Program-made: the position numbers and the translations under genes | The notes under the pieces: model-generated | What the model was told of the DNA's origin: nothing | The model's input: the letters and a program-made list of their open reading frames with translations, nothing else | The model's database searches: none | Shown here: in pieces, positions 35,086-49,225 of the stretch | Layout of the letters: each line of letters begins with the position of its first letter | How positions within the stretch are numbered: position 1 is the first letter of the stretch | Assembly (NCBI RefSeq): GCF_009834535.1 | Contig: NC_045697.1 | Location: forward strand, 46,998,001 to 47,062,000 | DNA length: 64,000 bases | Origin: Camelus ferus | Lineage: Eukaryota | Direction of reading: 5' to 3'

Positions 35086-36240
35086 TGCTTCAAAAGGGCA
35101 CCGTGTACGTGGAAGCTGTTAAAAATAATAGTAATTGTTTTTGTTACAACTGGCATCATCAATGCTGCTTGTCAAAGAGCTTCTTACTCATTCAACATTC
35201 TCACAAGCAATGTTTTACATTGATTTTCAACTCAGACAGAAATAGAATATGATAAATATGTGTGAATTGGTTGAAAATAACTCGTTAAATAGTTGAAAGT
35301 CTTACAAATATAAATCTAGAAGTGATTGCACCTTATAGTTCAAGGTAAAAAAGAATGGCAGATGTAAATTGTGCCAGTGCACCATCAACATAAACCATCA
35401 GGGCACTATATATTACTGAGCAACCTCCACTCTGCACATATATCTTAATACAAGCAATACTTTTGACACCAATCACTTCCCGAGATAAAATACAGTGTGT
35501 AGGGGAGTAATTTCAACACCACATAAAATGGCACCCTCCCACAAAAGAAACATTCATTTTCATACAAAAAAAATATGCTCACAGTGTTGAGTAATATAGC
35601 CACCAAACACAAAATAAATGCAGGTCTCTACTCCCCCCTAAATTGTTATATTTAGTCTCGTTTTCCAACCTGAATGTTAATTTCTTTCCCACAACCGAAA
35701 GTGAATCTTAAGAATCAGTCAGTTCTCAAAACTTAAGATAACTGTGTATTTTCTCTATGCTCTTTTTCTCCTTGAGATTTATTGAAATTTCTTGGCCAAA
35801 ATAAACCATGATTCTAAACAATAGCTGCTTCCTGGCAACAAATACATCATTCCAGTATATAGCCTCTCTCTCTCTGCCCTCAATTCTCCTAACAAGCTCT
35901 AGATGGGTAATAGATGCCTACTATTTGTTGTCCAGTCTAAAAAAAGGTTTTCATAAGCAGTGCATTAAACACACTCTGTGACTAACATCAAGACTGATGA
36001 ATTTTCACCAAGAATAACCCTCAGCATGCGGCACATGTCAGACTTCTAAGAACTCCACACACCATAAAGGCATACATTATTGCCATTCAACCACCACCAA
36101 GAGAAGACACGTGGTTAGGAAATGGTTTTCAAAAACAGAAAATGCTTTTTGCATATTTTTAAATCTTAATTTGGTCCCATTAAGGTTAAAAAATTCTATG
36201 AGAAATTAGGATTTTTAGACATTCCTATAGTGTTCCCTTT

Positions 36241-36460
36241 CTTTCTCTATTGAAGTATAGCTGACTTACAATGTCTCAAGGTACACAGCATGTATGTATA
36301 TATATTTCTTTTCAGATTATTTTCCATTATAGATTATTATTAGATATCGAATATAGTTCCCTGTGCTATACAGTAGGTCCTTGTTTTTTTTTAATCTATT
36401 TTGTATATAGTAATGTGTATCTGTTAATCCCAAATTCCTAATTTATCCCTCCCCCACCAA
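36241..36460 (-). mobile_element. L1 3' end fragment (artiodactyl type), inserted into duplication copy B
   Basis: attgaagtatagctgacttacaatg...atatagttccctgtgctatacagtaggtccttgtt...tgttaatcccaaattcctaatttatccctccccc. Degenerate TSD tgttcccttt / tgttgcctct. Confidence 0.88.
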
Positions 36461-37103
36461 CTGTTGCCTCTTTTAAGTTTCTCTGAAAAAGGAACAATAA
36501 TAACTAATCGTGAGGCAACAAAAATTTAGTGAAATGAATCAGATCATGGGAGCCAATCAGAACTAACTCAACAGTCAATCAAATTGGTCAGTAAATTTTT
36601 TAATGTTATTCTATACTACAGGCCACACTGGTGGCGCTGGGACCAAACTACAGGTAATTGTTGGATTTCATCAGCCTGTTCCTCTGATATACTTTAAAAA
36701 TGAAAATGATGGGCCTATTATTTCCAAACCTCTCTCATCCTAAGAACAGGTGCCAAATGAGATCGCTCTGATCACTGACCATTTTGCTACGATTTGCAGT
36801 AACAATCACACAATTATGCATTTGGAGTCAGTGAATATTGAGAAGCATAAGACCAGCAAGAAGAGATGTATTTTTAATATATATTAAAATCAGATGTTAT
36901 TCTCAGTCCCAATCCTTTTAGACCTTGCCTAGAAATAAGAATCCATCCTGATTCACATAGTTTCCCAGAAAAAAAATTACCATCATTAGAACATTATTTC
37001 ATACTCCACCAGATTAGGAAAGGAAAAGAATAGATCAGAAGAGAGGGGAGTCACAAGACAACCAAGGTCTGACTTTATGACTAGTTTATGGTGCATACAT
37101 CAT

Positions 37104-37850
37104 TGAAATAACTACTAACTTTTTAGACCAAGAATCTGATCAGCATTTGTCCTTGTTCCTGGAAGGGAGACTCTAAATCCTTGGAATTTCCTGAGAAAAA
37201 AGAGTGTCTTTGTAATTCAGGCACTTTTTGACTCATATTTGAGTTTATGCTAATTAAGTGACTCATGATAGGACCCTAGGTAGCTTGAGGATGAAGGCTG
37301 ACTATGTTATTAGAGGATTGGGGCTTTGATGTGTGATAGATGCCTGACTTCCCAAATTCTGGGGTCTGGAGATTGAGTTCAGTTATATGGACAGTTGTTC
37401 AATCAGCCATGCCTACATAATGAAACCTCCAATAAAATCTATGGGCACCAAAGCTTGAGGGACCTTTCTGGTTGATGAATGCATTGATGTGGCAGGAGTT
37501 TGATGCACCCTGATCTCGTGGGGAAAGAGCATGGAAATTCTGCATTCAGGACCCTCCCAGAGCCAGCCCTATGTGTCTCTACATTTGGCTGGTCCTGATT
37601 TAGATTCTTGAAAATAAAATTTAATGGTAAGTATAGTTCTTTCCTGAGTTCTGGGAGTTACTCTAGCAAATTATTGAATCTGAGGGAGGAGGTGTGGGAA
37701 TGCCCCAGATTTGTAACCAGTTGTTCAGATGTGCAGGTGGCCTGGGGACCCCCAAATTTTCAGCTGGCATCTGAAGGGAGGGTAGGATCATGCCCTTAAA
37801 CCTGTAGTGCTAACTACACAAAGTTAGCATCAGAACTGTATTGTAATACA
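37104..37850 (+). mobile_element. MER21-like solo LTR
   Basis: TG...CA ends with 4-bp flanks tcat/tcac. Internal motifs ctctaaatccttggaatttcctgag, gagtttatgctaat, caatcagccatgcctacataatgaaacctccaataaaa and ttcctgagttctgggagttactctagcaaattattgaa. Confidence 0.85.
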
Positions 37851-40419
37851 TCACTGAATGTCCCCAGCAGGTATCTATGTGCCTACATGGGTTTTTTTGC
37901 TTTAAACTGGTTAAGGAAAACCCAAGGACAGTGTATCAACTATCACAGTTGTACAACTGGAGCATGACAGAAGGGAGAATAAAACCCAACTCTCCAAGGC
38001 TATTCTTCTACCCATAAAGATAGACTGCCTTGCCACACATCATGGAATCATTCACGTTTCTATCAGCCCAGTTTTAATATCCAAAAAATACATTGGAAAT
38101 GTTCTATTTCAACCTGAAAGACATCAAGATTGATACTTGCCTCTAAAGAAGATTGTAACACTGTCTCTGAAGAAATTTTAGAGTAAATAATATAGTTTCC
38201 ATCTTCACATTTCAGTAAAGTACTGATGGGAATGTCTGCTTACTAGATAAAGCATATCTGTCTTTTTCATTACCTAGAAGTCTTTGGACATATCACTCAA
38301 CCTCAGATTTGCAGACATTTTCTGCTTCTTGATTTCATTTTCTAACACCAGCAATATAAAATACACTGAGACTTTATATTCATATCATGGATGAATTCTA
38401 AATATAAGTCGAATTTATAATCTAAGTCCTTTAGAGTTTATGTAATGGCTTTGCAAAGAGAGGCACAATACAGACAAGAACATAAGCAAAATGAATTCCG
38501 TCATAATGAAATTTCTCCCATTTTGCCTAGTTTATCTCCTGCAACTTTTTTTTCCTTTTCTTTTGAAAGCTAAAGTATATCAAAAGCTAAGATCATGGTT
38601 TAATGATTCTGGGTATTACACTGGATCATAATATAAAGCTGTCTACTTTATACCAAAATATAGTCAATACTGAACTCTTCTTCCCATTAGAAATTATTCA
38701 TTTATTTTTTGCCATGTGATTCTTTTAGGTAAAAATTCCCTGAATTTTGCATCCTTAGTTATTTATTAAGTACTTTAATTTCTTTCTAAAAGAAAATCCA
38801 CATAGAAATGCTATTTATTTGGTAAAAGAATAATAGAATTACAAAAAAAAATTCAGAAATGAACAAAAGGAATTTAAATAATTTGCTCAAAGTCATGCCA
38901 CTAGAGAGGCTACTAATTGCCAGAATCTGGGATTTGGGGGGGATGATTTGGGGCTATTTCTACTATATTACTGCTGCTTCCATCATTGGTATCGTAGTCA
39001 GCGATTTCAAAGGCTGTTTAGAAGGAAGAAATTACAGAATACAAATCAGGAAGAAAAAGCAATGAAATCTTGCATTATGCAAGACCACTTTCAAATAAGT
39101 ATGACAATGCTAAGACTTATCAAGTCTTTATATGAAATCTTTATATGAAGTAGAAAAAAATGTGGGAAGAGACCCACCAAGTTACTGATGATGAAAAGTC
39201 ATATTGGGGAATGGAAGACAACTTTTATGTTTTACCTTGCATATTTTTGTAACATCTGTGTCTTATTTTTATGATTATGTCAACTTTGCAACTCAAACAC
39301 TAGACTTCTGAGAAGAATTTTTCTCTTTTTAAACTTCTAAAATTGTTTTTGATTATCTCCAAAACAAGGTTGATTTACTTTCACACAATGGAAAAAGATA
39401 ATTAACAAAAACCACTCTTCTTTGCAGCCATAGTGTGCTCATTTCTGGGACACGTTTGTGGCTGTAGATCAAAAAACATTAAAGTAAACCTAATAATATT
39501 TTTAAAGCTTCAGGGATGGACACTTAAAGGGCCAAGGGCACCGGCATATTCCATTCTGTAACTAAAGCATAGAGAACATATCACTTAAATCTATAAAATC
39601 ACAAAGGCTCCAAGTAGGTGACCACTGATTCAGTTCCATACCCTGAAAAATTGGACTGAATCTCACCAAAGGAAGAAACTTTAAAATTAAGTAAGACACT
39701 TCTCAACATAGCTAGTAACACTATAACCTGTTTTACTGACGATATGTTTAGGCAGAACATATTGAGAACTCACTCTTAACACAAAAAAAACAGTTCAGAT
39801 CAACTTACATATAATCCTATAACAGGATATAAGAGAAGTTAAATGCAAAATAAATGGATTCTGAAAGTTTAAAACAGTCTGTGCCATATCTTACTGAGGA
39901 TCTAAGAGCTTTTAGAGATTAAAAAAAGAAAAGTCAAAAGATAGAATTTTAGCATACATATAAAATGCTCATACTTGACTGCCACATTTAGCAAAAAGCA
40001 TATAGTGTAATATGACTGTTAGTCAAAAGATAATTACAGGATTTAAAAATACATAGGGCAGTATAGGTATTAAGGTCTGGTCATGAGACAAAAGGCTATG
40101 GTTTAAGGTGAACAGCCTTCAAAGCCTGTCAGCACATCTCTGAGACTATACACAACTGATCTAGAAGAGTTGAAATTGGGGACTTTCATGTGAGATCTGA
40201 GCCCAGGTGCCCCCACCTTACCCCTGAGAAAGAGCTTGGCCTATATTTACCTTTTGAAGATTACAATGAGACTCTACAATAAACTTTGTTCGTGTTCTTG
40301 ACAGATGAGAATACCATATGGGTAACCATGGATCAGAAATATTTCAGTATCTACATCTATGTTCTTACATAGACACAAGGCTTGAAAAACCCATGCTGGA
40401 CATAAGCAGTATGATTTGG

Positions 40420-40580
40420 TAGAAAACGTGATTGATTTAATGTCAGGAGATTTGGCTCTAACTAGCAATGTGACCTAAGATGTGTCACTTAACCTTGGAC
40501 TGAGTTTCATTTTTAAAATAAAGGCATTAGATTAGATTATCTTTATATTTCCTTTAAGATCTAATATAGTGTGATTCCAT
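40420..40580 (+). mobile_element. MIR/MIR3 fragment
   Basis: gtcaggagatttggctctaactagcaatgtgacctaagatgtgtcacttaacc...gagtttcatttttaaaataaagg. Confidence 0.6.
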
Positions 40581-43100
40581 TTCTCTTTTTGCTGTGTAGC
40601 AATTGTAATGAAATCAATGGACAGAAAAGAACCACAGTAGATTATCAAATTAGTGAGGATAAAATGAAATCCAAGATTTAAAAGCTCCTCAGAAAGTATT
40701 ACATGTTTTATAAGTGTTAGGTATTATTATCTCCATTATTAATACAAAGTATCTTATCTAGAAATTCTAAAATAAAAAGCACTTTAGATTAAAATTTCCA
40801 AATATCTAAAAGTGAGTCCACATATTTCTACTTAAACAAGTGTGGACTTTGATATGTTTTTATACTTTACTATATCTTTTTTTCAAATCTCTACTTAGGG
40901 TTACTTTGAAGTTCCATAATGGAGTAATAAGTCAATTATGTTTAGGTTTGCCTTTTCAATTTGATTGGAAGCATCTTCAGGAATCTTGTTATTCATCCAT
41001 GTATACATAAAACCAGTGACAATGTGAGATAATATGGACAAAAAAATTCCTTGGAAACTGTAAAGAGCTATACAGACACCATATTCCTGGTAAACCATGA
41101 AGGACTATATACACTGCCTTGTAAATTAAAGAACAGAAAGAGAAGGAACAAGTGCTCAGTGAATGCTGGGTTAACTTTAAATAATTTGAGCCAAAGGATG
41201 CAGGTTCAAAAAGTTATGCACAACAAAGATGTCATACGTATAAGAGTGAATCTACTGATGAACTCCTCTCAGGTTGACTCCCAAGAGTCTGTTGGACAAG
41301 TTTTGAACCAAAAACACAAAAGAAAGAATTTAACCCCATCTCTAGAGTTAGAATCCAATGAATATTAACTTGCCATGGATGTCTGCAGTGGATAATAATC
41401 TGGTATCCCTAATCTTAAGAAGTGTAAAGAGAACTCAGGAAAAAAGTTGTTAATGAAAACATTTAACAGAGAAAAGATCCATTGCACAATAGATGACTAA
41501 ACAACAGCCATTCTCTAGTTTATCAACTGCTTCACCCATGTCTCTGTAAATTTTCTAAAAATAAAACGAGAATGCAGTTCATTTATATGCTCTGCATTCC
41601 ACACATCACATTTTGCCATTATATCAGTATTACAATGATATAAATCTGAATCGTTTGGCTCATCATCAACATTAAATTTAAACGGAAAAAAAAAAAAAAC
41701 CTACAACGGAAAGAAGAGTCTCAAAAAGTAAAATAAGACTTTTTTTCTTATTTACACAATCTCCAATCCATTCTTTGCAACCATCTCTATTTTATACAAT
41801 TTTGTTCAATTTGTGAGCTTTTTTTTATGTTATCAATCTCCTCCCACAACATTTTAATCACCTCAAACTTGAATTCCCTCCTACAGTATTCCTGCAAATT
41901 CTTCCAAGTCCTTTAATTGACAAGAGTCATTGTTCTTTTCCTTCCTATGACTTTTAATTCATAGTCTTGCTGTTAATTACAACATCCTTTAAAAAGAAAA
42001 GCAAGAGAAAAGTTGGTGACTACGATATTACTATAAACTATCCAGCAGTAAAATTCAACACACTGAACACTTTCACTAGCAATTCTAATATTTTCCTATT
42101 TGCTTTATTGGGCATACTTGGGTGTTCAAAGCAATTTGCTAGCAAAATGTCTGTTACAGTTAGACACAGTAAGTTAGCCTGTAATTAGGAGCTATAGGAC
42201 CTCACCAGGCTTAATTGGGAATGCCTGCTTTTGATCTGTTTCTTAGATGAGAGAAGGAAACCTGCATCAGGGGAGAAGTTCAAAATGTCAACTGGTAGAA
42301 TGCACACAATACCTGTGTAATGGCAATCAATTCATCATCAACCTCTTTATTGAGATGACTTTCTCAATTGTTCATTCTTTTCTCATGCACAAACATTGCA
42401 GACAGATATCAAGTCATAACAAATGTCAACTATTACAGAACAGGAGGGACAATGGAAATAAGACTTCCAAATAAAAAGAAGAATGTAAAAAATATAAAAA
42501 TTTAACAATTTTAGTATTTTCCTTTTAGATTCTACACCCCCAAAATTTCATTTCAAAAACTTATTATAACAAAATTGCTACAGTGATCATTAATAAAACT
42601 CTCCTGTTGATGAACCTTATTTTAATACTATTAATCTTCTTCACCACCACTACCACCATCATCTTCCTCACCAGCAGCATCATCATATTTAAATAATGTT
42701 CCACTGAAAGAAACTCAAATTAAATGGAAATGGTACTTCTAAAACAAATGGATTTAGAGATTATACCCTTTAAAATTTTGATATTTAGATACTGGTTGGG
42801 GGGGGCAATTTTTAATAGGAAACCACCCCCAATGGATTTAGTAAGGGGTTTAAGTTGAAAAACTTTTTAAATATAACTTTTTAGGAAACAAATTTACTAC
42901 TAAAACCTATAGTACTAAAATTCCCAATTTAGTCCAATTATCTGCAGGTTTACTTGGCTCTGACCCTGATCCTGTCCACCATATCATCACCACATCATAG
43001 CAATCCTGTCTACCTGATTAAGGAAAGATATACAAGCTCTGAAAATTTAATGAGCTCTGTCCTGTAAAGTGAGTCTGAAGGACAAAGGGCTGCTGTGATT

Positions 43101-43117
43101 GGGTGGGTGTGGGTGGG
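43101..43117 (+). other. Canonical G-quadruplex-forming motif
   Basis: GGGTGGGTGTGGGTGGG: four G3 runs with loops of 1, 3 and 1 nt. Confidence 0.6.
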
Positions 43118-43894
43118 TGTATGTGTGCGCTTACAAATGTTGACTGACAAACATCTAGTGTTTATTTTCAAACTTACAAAGTAAAGAATTCTCAGGTCTC
43201 TATGCTAAGGGGAAAGAGAAGAAAGATGGAATTTTTTAATACACAATTTATCCCTAAAGTTCACTGTAACCATGGAATGTGACATTTATTTTCTCCTATT
43301 AATTCCTGTTAATGACTAGCAAAGTGAGTGTTACTCCTTCTTCCATGGTGACTAATCAGAAACAAAAGCATCATATCCTAAATGCCAGAGTAGGAGTGAA
43401 AAGGAGAAGCCCAGGGAGCATGGAGAATCCAGAAATCCTAAATAATCTCTGGTGGCCACAGTTTTGTAAGCTCTACAGAACTCAGTGCTACTGCATTCTC
43501 ATCTTCAATTTTTAACTTTAGAAACAGGGTGTGCATTTCCTCAAAGAGAAGGAAAACAGGAGTCCCTTACTACCTAAGACTAAGGGGAAAAGCCTTCACC
43601 TCCGCCATGATGGTGTTGTTTCATATCGTTTGAGATCACGACAGTCACCATTTGCACCAACTTCTCTGCCAGACTCTCAAAACATAATATATTCTTCTAC
43701 TTTTCCTGCAAAAACAAACAAAAATCACCTCTCTTTCCGATGATGAGACCTAAAATGAAGTCTAAGTATTCGCAGTCATTCTGACACACATATTCAGCCA
43801 TTCTCTACATTATAGGTGGCCACATACACCAAATATCGTAAAGCAAAATCTGCACCTCTATACATTCAAGTCAATCGAACAAGCATTTCTTAAA

Positions 43895-44090
43895 TACAGT
43901 GGCTAAAAGCAGGGCTTGGGAATCAGAGAGACCTGGGTTCCAAGTATGACATGGCCTTTTAATATTGTGTGATCTTGGACAATTTATTTAACTTCCTTGA
44001 GCCTCACTTGTCTAATTTATAATGTGGGAATAATAAATTATCATTGTGAATAGTACATAGAATAATTATGTTAAGTTCTTAGCATTTAGC
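43895..44090 (+). mobile_element. MIR SINE
   Basis: agtggctaaaagcagggcttgggaatcagagagacctgggttc...tgtgtgatcttggacaatttatttaacttccttgagcctca. Confidence 0.85.
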
Positions 44091-44411
44091 TCCTTGGCCT
44101 CTAGGACAGAGAAATCCTATTCCCTATAGGATCCTTTGTACCAGGTTGGTTTGTTGTTGTTTTTAAAATGTATTGTATATTTACATGTGTTACATATGTA
44201 AACATATACTTAATTCTGATTTTTCTTCTTTCACGTCATCCACTTTTTTTCTTTTCTCCTCTTCCTTGTGTTTTCCCACCCATCCCCAAATCTTTCTCTC
44301 CCAGGAGAAAATGGGCAGAAGAATATGGTGACAATGAGGAAGGCTGATGGAAATGTGCAGAATTTGAAGGAAGAACCAATTAATTTCCCATTCCTCTTTC
44401 CTCCGTCTACC

Positions 44412-44428
44412 ATACACACATACACACA

Positions 44429-44460
<32 letters not shown>

Positions 44461-44482
44461 TACACACACACTCATACACACT
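44412..44482. repeat. Interrupted (CA)n microsatellite
   Basis: Direct reading. Confidence 0.95.
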
Positions 44483-46039
44483 CAACACTTGGTTTTAATT
44501 CATTCATATAAATAACTCTGATCAGTTTTAGCTAAAACACTGGTCTATGTACCAAAGTGCCCAAATCTGAGTCCCAAATTTCGCATGTATATCTGTCAGC
44601 AGCTTTAAACCTTCGGTTCTACTACCTTTCACTTTTTAGAAACAAAACTTCAAAATAAGAAAACCAAATGAGAAAAATCACTTTTCAGCTACCAAGTAAG
44701 GCTAAATTATGTTGTGATTATGCAAAGTATTAAAAGCTAAACATAAATTTTCAAGAAATCAAACCCCTGGGCCTCTAGAGATTTCACTTCAGGGCGTACT
44801 ATATAGAAAGACAGCAAAACTTAGACTATAATTTCTTAGAATGAGAGAGGATAATCAGAGGAAACAGACAACGCTATTATTCACACAAACATCAGCATTT
44901 GATTCTGAAACAGTTTCCACTTTGATAAATAAAACATATGCATCTACACATATTCATCTTCTAAAATATTAAGATAAGACAAATATTTTTAAGATAAATA
45001 TTATCAATCAGAATTTTCATCATGGGAATACTCTGTCCAATAGCAAGAAAATAATTTAATTCCTAAAATTAGTATTGTTTTAATTTATAGATATATTGAA
45101 TTTCACATGTTAAAAATACCAACTCTAAAAATTATTTTTTTTCAAAACAATGAAAATGAGTATAGAATCTGAGTCATCTAATTTTCTTCAAAAGTAAAAC
45201 TATAAGTAATATAATTTTCTTATACCAAAGATTCTGTGGAGAAAAATTTTTCTTTGGTTTCAGATCATTGAAATAGGGAGTATAGCAGTAATTGTTTTAA
45301 TTACCTCTTTACTTAGCCTGTCAGAAGCATAGCTAGTATGTTAAAATAACATGACTCAGAAAACTTCATCCACTGTGGTTCCAGAAAATATTGGACAATT
45401 AGTAATTTTTTCTTGATATAAATGTATCCATAATAACATAATTATTTATTAATTTGATTTTGTTTCTGTCCACAAGGGACAGAAAAAATCTGTTCTTTTA
45501 GTGAGGACAATGGTAATAAGTACTGTGTGAATAAATTAAAGATTTTGACACTTTTGTTGCCCTCCTTATCCCATTACTTATTTAATGATAAAGACTTGCG
45601 ATCTATTTTCAGCTTTGTCTGCAGTATCGAGCAAATCTTCAACTCCTCTACTTCTCTCATCTGTACAATTGACAAAATACCTTCCCTACATCTATCACAA
45701 AGTTGTGAATCTCAACTCACTTTGAAAAAAATGCTACCAGCTAAAGGGGCAGAAGAGCTTTAATAGTCTTGCATGTTCAACAAGAACATATTCTGGGGGC
45801 ATTTACCTAGTGAGACCCAAACATAAAATCACTGTACTCGAATTCCCATAGATCAAGGCATACATTTTCTTTCCTATAGGAATTCTTCAAGAATCTCAGT
45901 TGTACAATGGCACTCCCTTCTTTAGTTCATTTCACATTTTGGTAAATATAGAAGCAACATCAGATTATAGTCTAGAAAATGGACATGTGTGTATGGCATG
46001 CACTTCTTTCTTCTTTTTTTAACTTCTTATATATGGATA

Positions 46040-46260
46040 TCTTTTTTCTTCAATTAAATAATAAACTCCATCTTGTATATACCATACATTTTAGTCCCTC
46101 ACGCAATGCCTGACCCATATAAGAAGTACTCAACAAAAGTTTTATTCATCTGTCAAATATTTACTGAGTGCCTATTGCATGGCAGTACAGGAATATAGCA
46201 GCCAAAGACACAGACAGGCTTTGCTTTATGGAGTTTACAATCTATAAGGGGAGACTTGAA
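46040..46260. mobile_element. Tail-to-tail LINE-2 3' fragments
   Basis: aatgcctgacccatataagaagtactcaacaaaagt (+), then ttcatctgtcaaatatttactgagtgcctatt (-). Confidence 0.6.
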
Positions 46261-46447
46261 GCAAATAGTTGTTTAACTTTCATTCATCACATACTCATTG
46301 AGCACTCACGTCAGTCAAGAATAAATAGCCAAATATCTTTCTTTATAATTGTAATCATTGTTCTGAATAAACAAGGCACCATGGTTCATAGATGAGATGC
46401 ATTTAGTTATCACAGCAGGTCTCTGTGAATTCCATCAAGAAAATTTA

Positions 46448-46935
46448 TACAATGGAGTAGTACTCAGCCATAAAAAATAAAATAATGTTATTTGCAGCAA
46501 CATGGATGGACCTGGAAATCATCATTCTAAGTGAAGTAAGCCAGAAAGAAAAATACCATATGATATACTCATATGTGGAATCTAAACAAACAAAAAAGAC
46601 ACTAATGAATTTATCTACCAAAAAGAAACAGATTCACAGACATAGTAAATGAACTTATGGTTACTGGGGGAAAGAGGATGGGAAGAGATAAATTGAGAGT
46701 TTGAGATTTGCAGATACTAACTACTATATATAAAATAGATAAACAAGTTTCTTCTGTGTAGCACAGGGAACTGTATTCAATATCTTGTAGTAATGTATAA
46801 TGAAAAAGGATATGAAAATGGATATGAAAAGGATATGAAATGCGTACATATGTATGCATATGTATGGCTGAAACATTATGCTGTACACCAGGAATTGACA
46901 CATTATAAACTGACTATATTTCAATAAAAAAAGAA
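46448..46935 (+). mobile_element. Relatively young 5'-truncated L1 (3'UTR plus A tail), artiodactyl/camelid type
   Basis: tacaatggagtagtactcagccataaaaaa...tttgcagcaacatggatggacctggaaatcatcattctaagtgaagtaagccaga...ctgtacaccaggaattgacacattataaactgactatatttcaataaaaaaa. Internal short tandem (aaaaggatatg)-like repeat at ~46803-46840. Confidence 0.93.
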
Positions 46936-49225
46936 ACACTTATTGAGCTCTTACAAGAGTGAGAGCTTTTGCAGAAGTCTTGACTGATCCCACCCCTCCA
47001 CATGAGAGCTCATCTGCACTGCATGCCTTTGTCCCAGATTCCGCTTTTACTCTCCCTGCACCCATGCTTTACTGTCTTCCTTCATGGCTGCTGCTGCTAT
47101 GACCCATTTCTCTGTAATGAAATTGTTTCCCAAACTCTAAGGACAAAATTCAAATATACACAAGTCAGGTAACAAAATCTCGCTTTTAAAAAATGCTATA
47201 GAATGTCTGGCTAATTATCAGGTATGCACATGACTTAGAAAATGGTGTAGGGTTTAATGTCTATGCCTACTGAAACCCTTCCAAGGTTTTTTATCAACGA
47301 GGGCAGCAAAAGAAATAATACTGTCTCCAGTTTCCAGCTGATCCACCCAGCTTCCAGGTACCTCCAGTTCGGTGAGGTAGAGGGTGGACACAGATCCCTA
47401 CAGATCTAAAATAGGATTCTAAAGTGAGCTAAACTGCTTCTCATCAGGACCTTCTATTAATAACCTTTCTAGATTTGATGGATCATGTCAGTAGGACAAA
47501 TAAAAAGCTGTTCTTGTGAATCGAGTGTGGAAGCTCTTCCTTCTCAAGAATCAAAGAGGAGGGACCTAGTCCTACTTTACCTCCCTCTCCGGCTTATTTA
47601 CTCGTGTTGGAAAGGAGCCTCCGGGGCCTCCAAAACAATTAAAGCTGAGTCTGCTGTCTCAGGAGGGGAGGTCTGCATGTGAGAGCCGGCAGGCATGGCG
47701 AAGCCCTTCCACCAGCCAAGTGCTGGCAAAAGGTCTACGCTGTGACATTACACGCTAGAGGACAAAATCACAGATGCAAAGGGGGGAAAATTTGAATCCT
47801 GTCCCCCTTCTTTACCTTAGTCTATCCTCTGATCTCTACCTCAAACACCCTCCCCCAAAAATTAAACAAGAAAAGGCAAGCAACGAGCTAAACCCACCAC
47901 CGAGTGTGCACAGGAAGACGGGCCGGAAGGGTAAGTCGTTTCTTTGAGCTCATCTCACATGCAGCCAGCTGAATATAAATTTCCCTCTATCTCATCAAGC
48001 TCTCACTGTTTGGCCTCCTCTGACTGATATTGGCTCATCATACTTAATCTAGGGTGAAATTTCCTCGTCTGAGCTAAATTACTCGCAGCCATCAAGGGAA
48101 GCGATATTTATTTTTCGTGGGGCTAATGACCTGTCCCCCAGACCCACCCACTGATGGTTATTTACTGGGGCCCAGATGCTTGAGCTCAAAATGAGTGCTA
48201 ATGTCAGCAGGTGCCATCCCTCATTCAGCTCAGTGATTGAATTGGAGCGATCCCATTGACATTGACTCTGTGACTTTTAAGGCCATTACCCTCAGCCAGA
48301 GATGAACCTCTCATCATGGCTATGACAGTGACAGCTGATTAGCGACAAATTACAAGCAGGAAGGTACAGAGGCTTTAGTGGGCAGGGCAGGACCAGTGGT
48401 GAGGGTGAGGTGTGGGGAGAAAGAGCAGTAGGAAGAGAGAGAGAGAGACGGAGGGACGAGAAGAAGGAAAACATCACACATCCCTCTTCAGTGTGTTGTT
48501 TAATCAATTCTTAGCTATGACCCCTGAGCATATTCTGTTTGGCATCTATTTGTGTATTATATTCAAACACAAGAGATTCATATGTATGTAAACAGACACT
48601 CAGGACTCCACACATAAACCTTGAACAGGCAAGAACTCTTATTGGGGAATTTCGGCTGTAAAAGAGAACAACATTTAAAAAAAAACAATAATCCAAAGAC
48701 TATTCGGGTACAAAAAAAATTTTCACTAAGCAAAGCAAATAACTATTTTCTCTCTTTTCTTTTTGTGTATTTGAAAATGCACTGACCCAAAAACAAAAGG
48801 TCTTTTGGAATTTGTTTACAAACTGTTTTTAGAATTTGCAGCTAGATTGTTTCAGTACAGCCTTATGTGGATTACTGCTTGAAGAACATGGATGTGAAGT
48901 CCTACATAGTATCTCAAACTGAAGCTCATTTTAAAAAGCTATTCAGCTCCTCACAATATTTATTCAGGAGACTTCAAATCAAAACTTTTTTGGGTATTTT
49001 TAACTTAAATATAAGAGTTAAAAATTATTTCCTGAAGATGCTTTAAGTTGAAATGGGTTTTTCTTTGTTTTCTGTCAAGGGAGGTATGGTGTGGATTGGC
49101 GTGGGGTGCTTTGTAGCTTTTCACGTGATTCCAAACCTCCGTGTCCAGAAAGGAAAAGGTTAAGTGAGAATTCTAGACAACTTGAGATTTTGAAAGTCAA
49201 AACCTGCAGATTCAAAAAACATTGA

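Noticed and set aside
36621..36640. CTCF motif ggccacactggtggcgctgg
   Set aside because: Four mismatches in the 5' half of the core consensus.
38274..38341. Minus-strand exon-like segment translating NEIKKQKMSANLRLSDMSKDF*
   Set aside because: Weak acceptor, ends in a stop codon, and part of it (gaggttgagtgatatgtccaaag) looks like decayed MIR core.
40901..41010. Protein-like peptide KIPEDASNQIEKANLNIIDLLLHYGTSK on the minus strand
   Set aside because: No convincing flanking acceptor and no recognised homology; consistent with chance.
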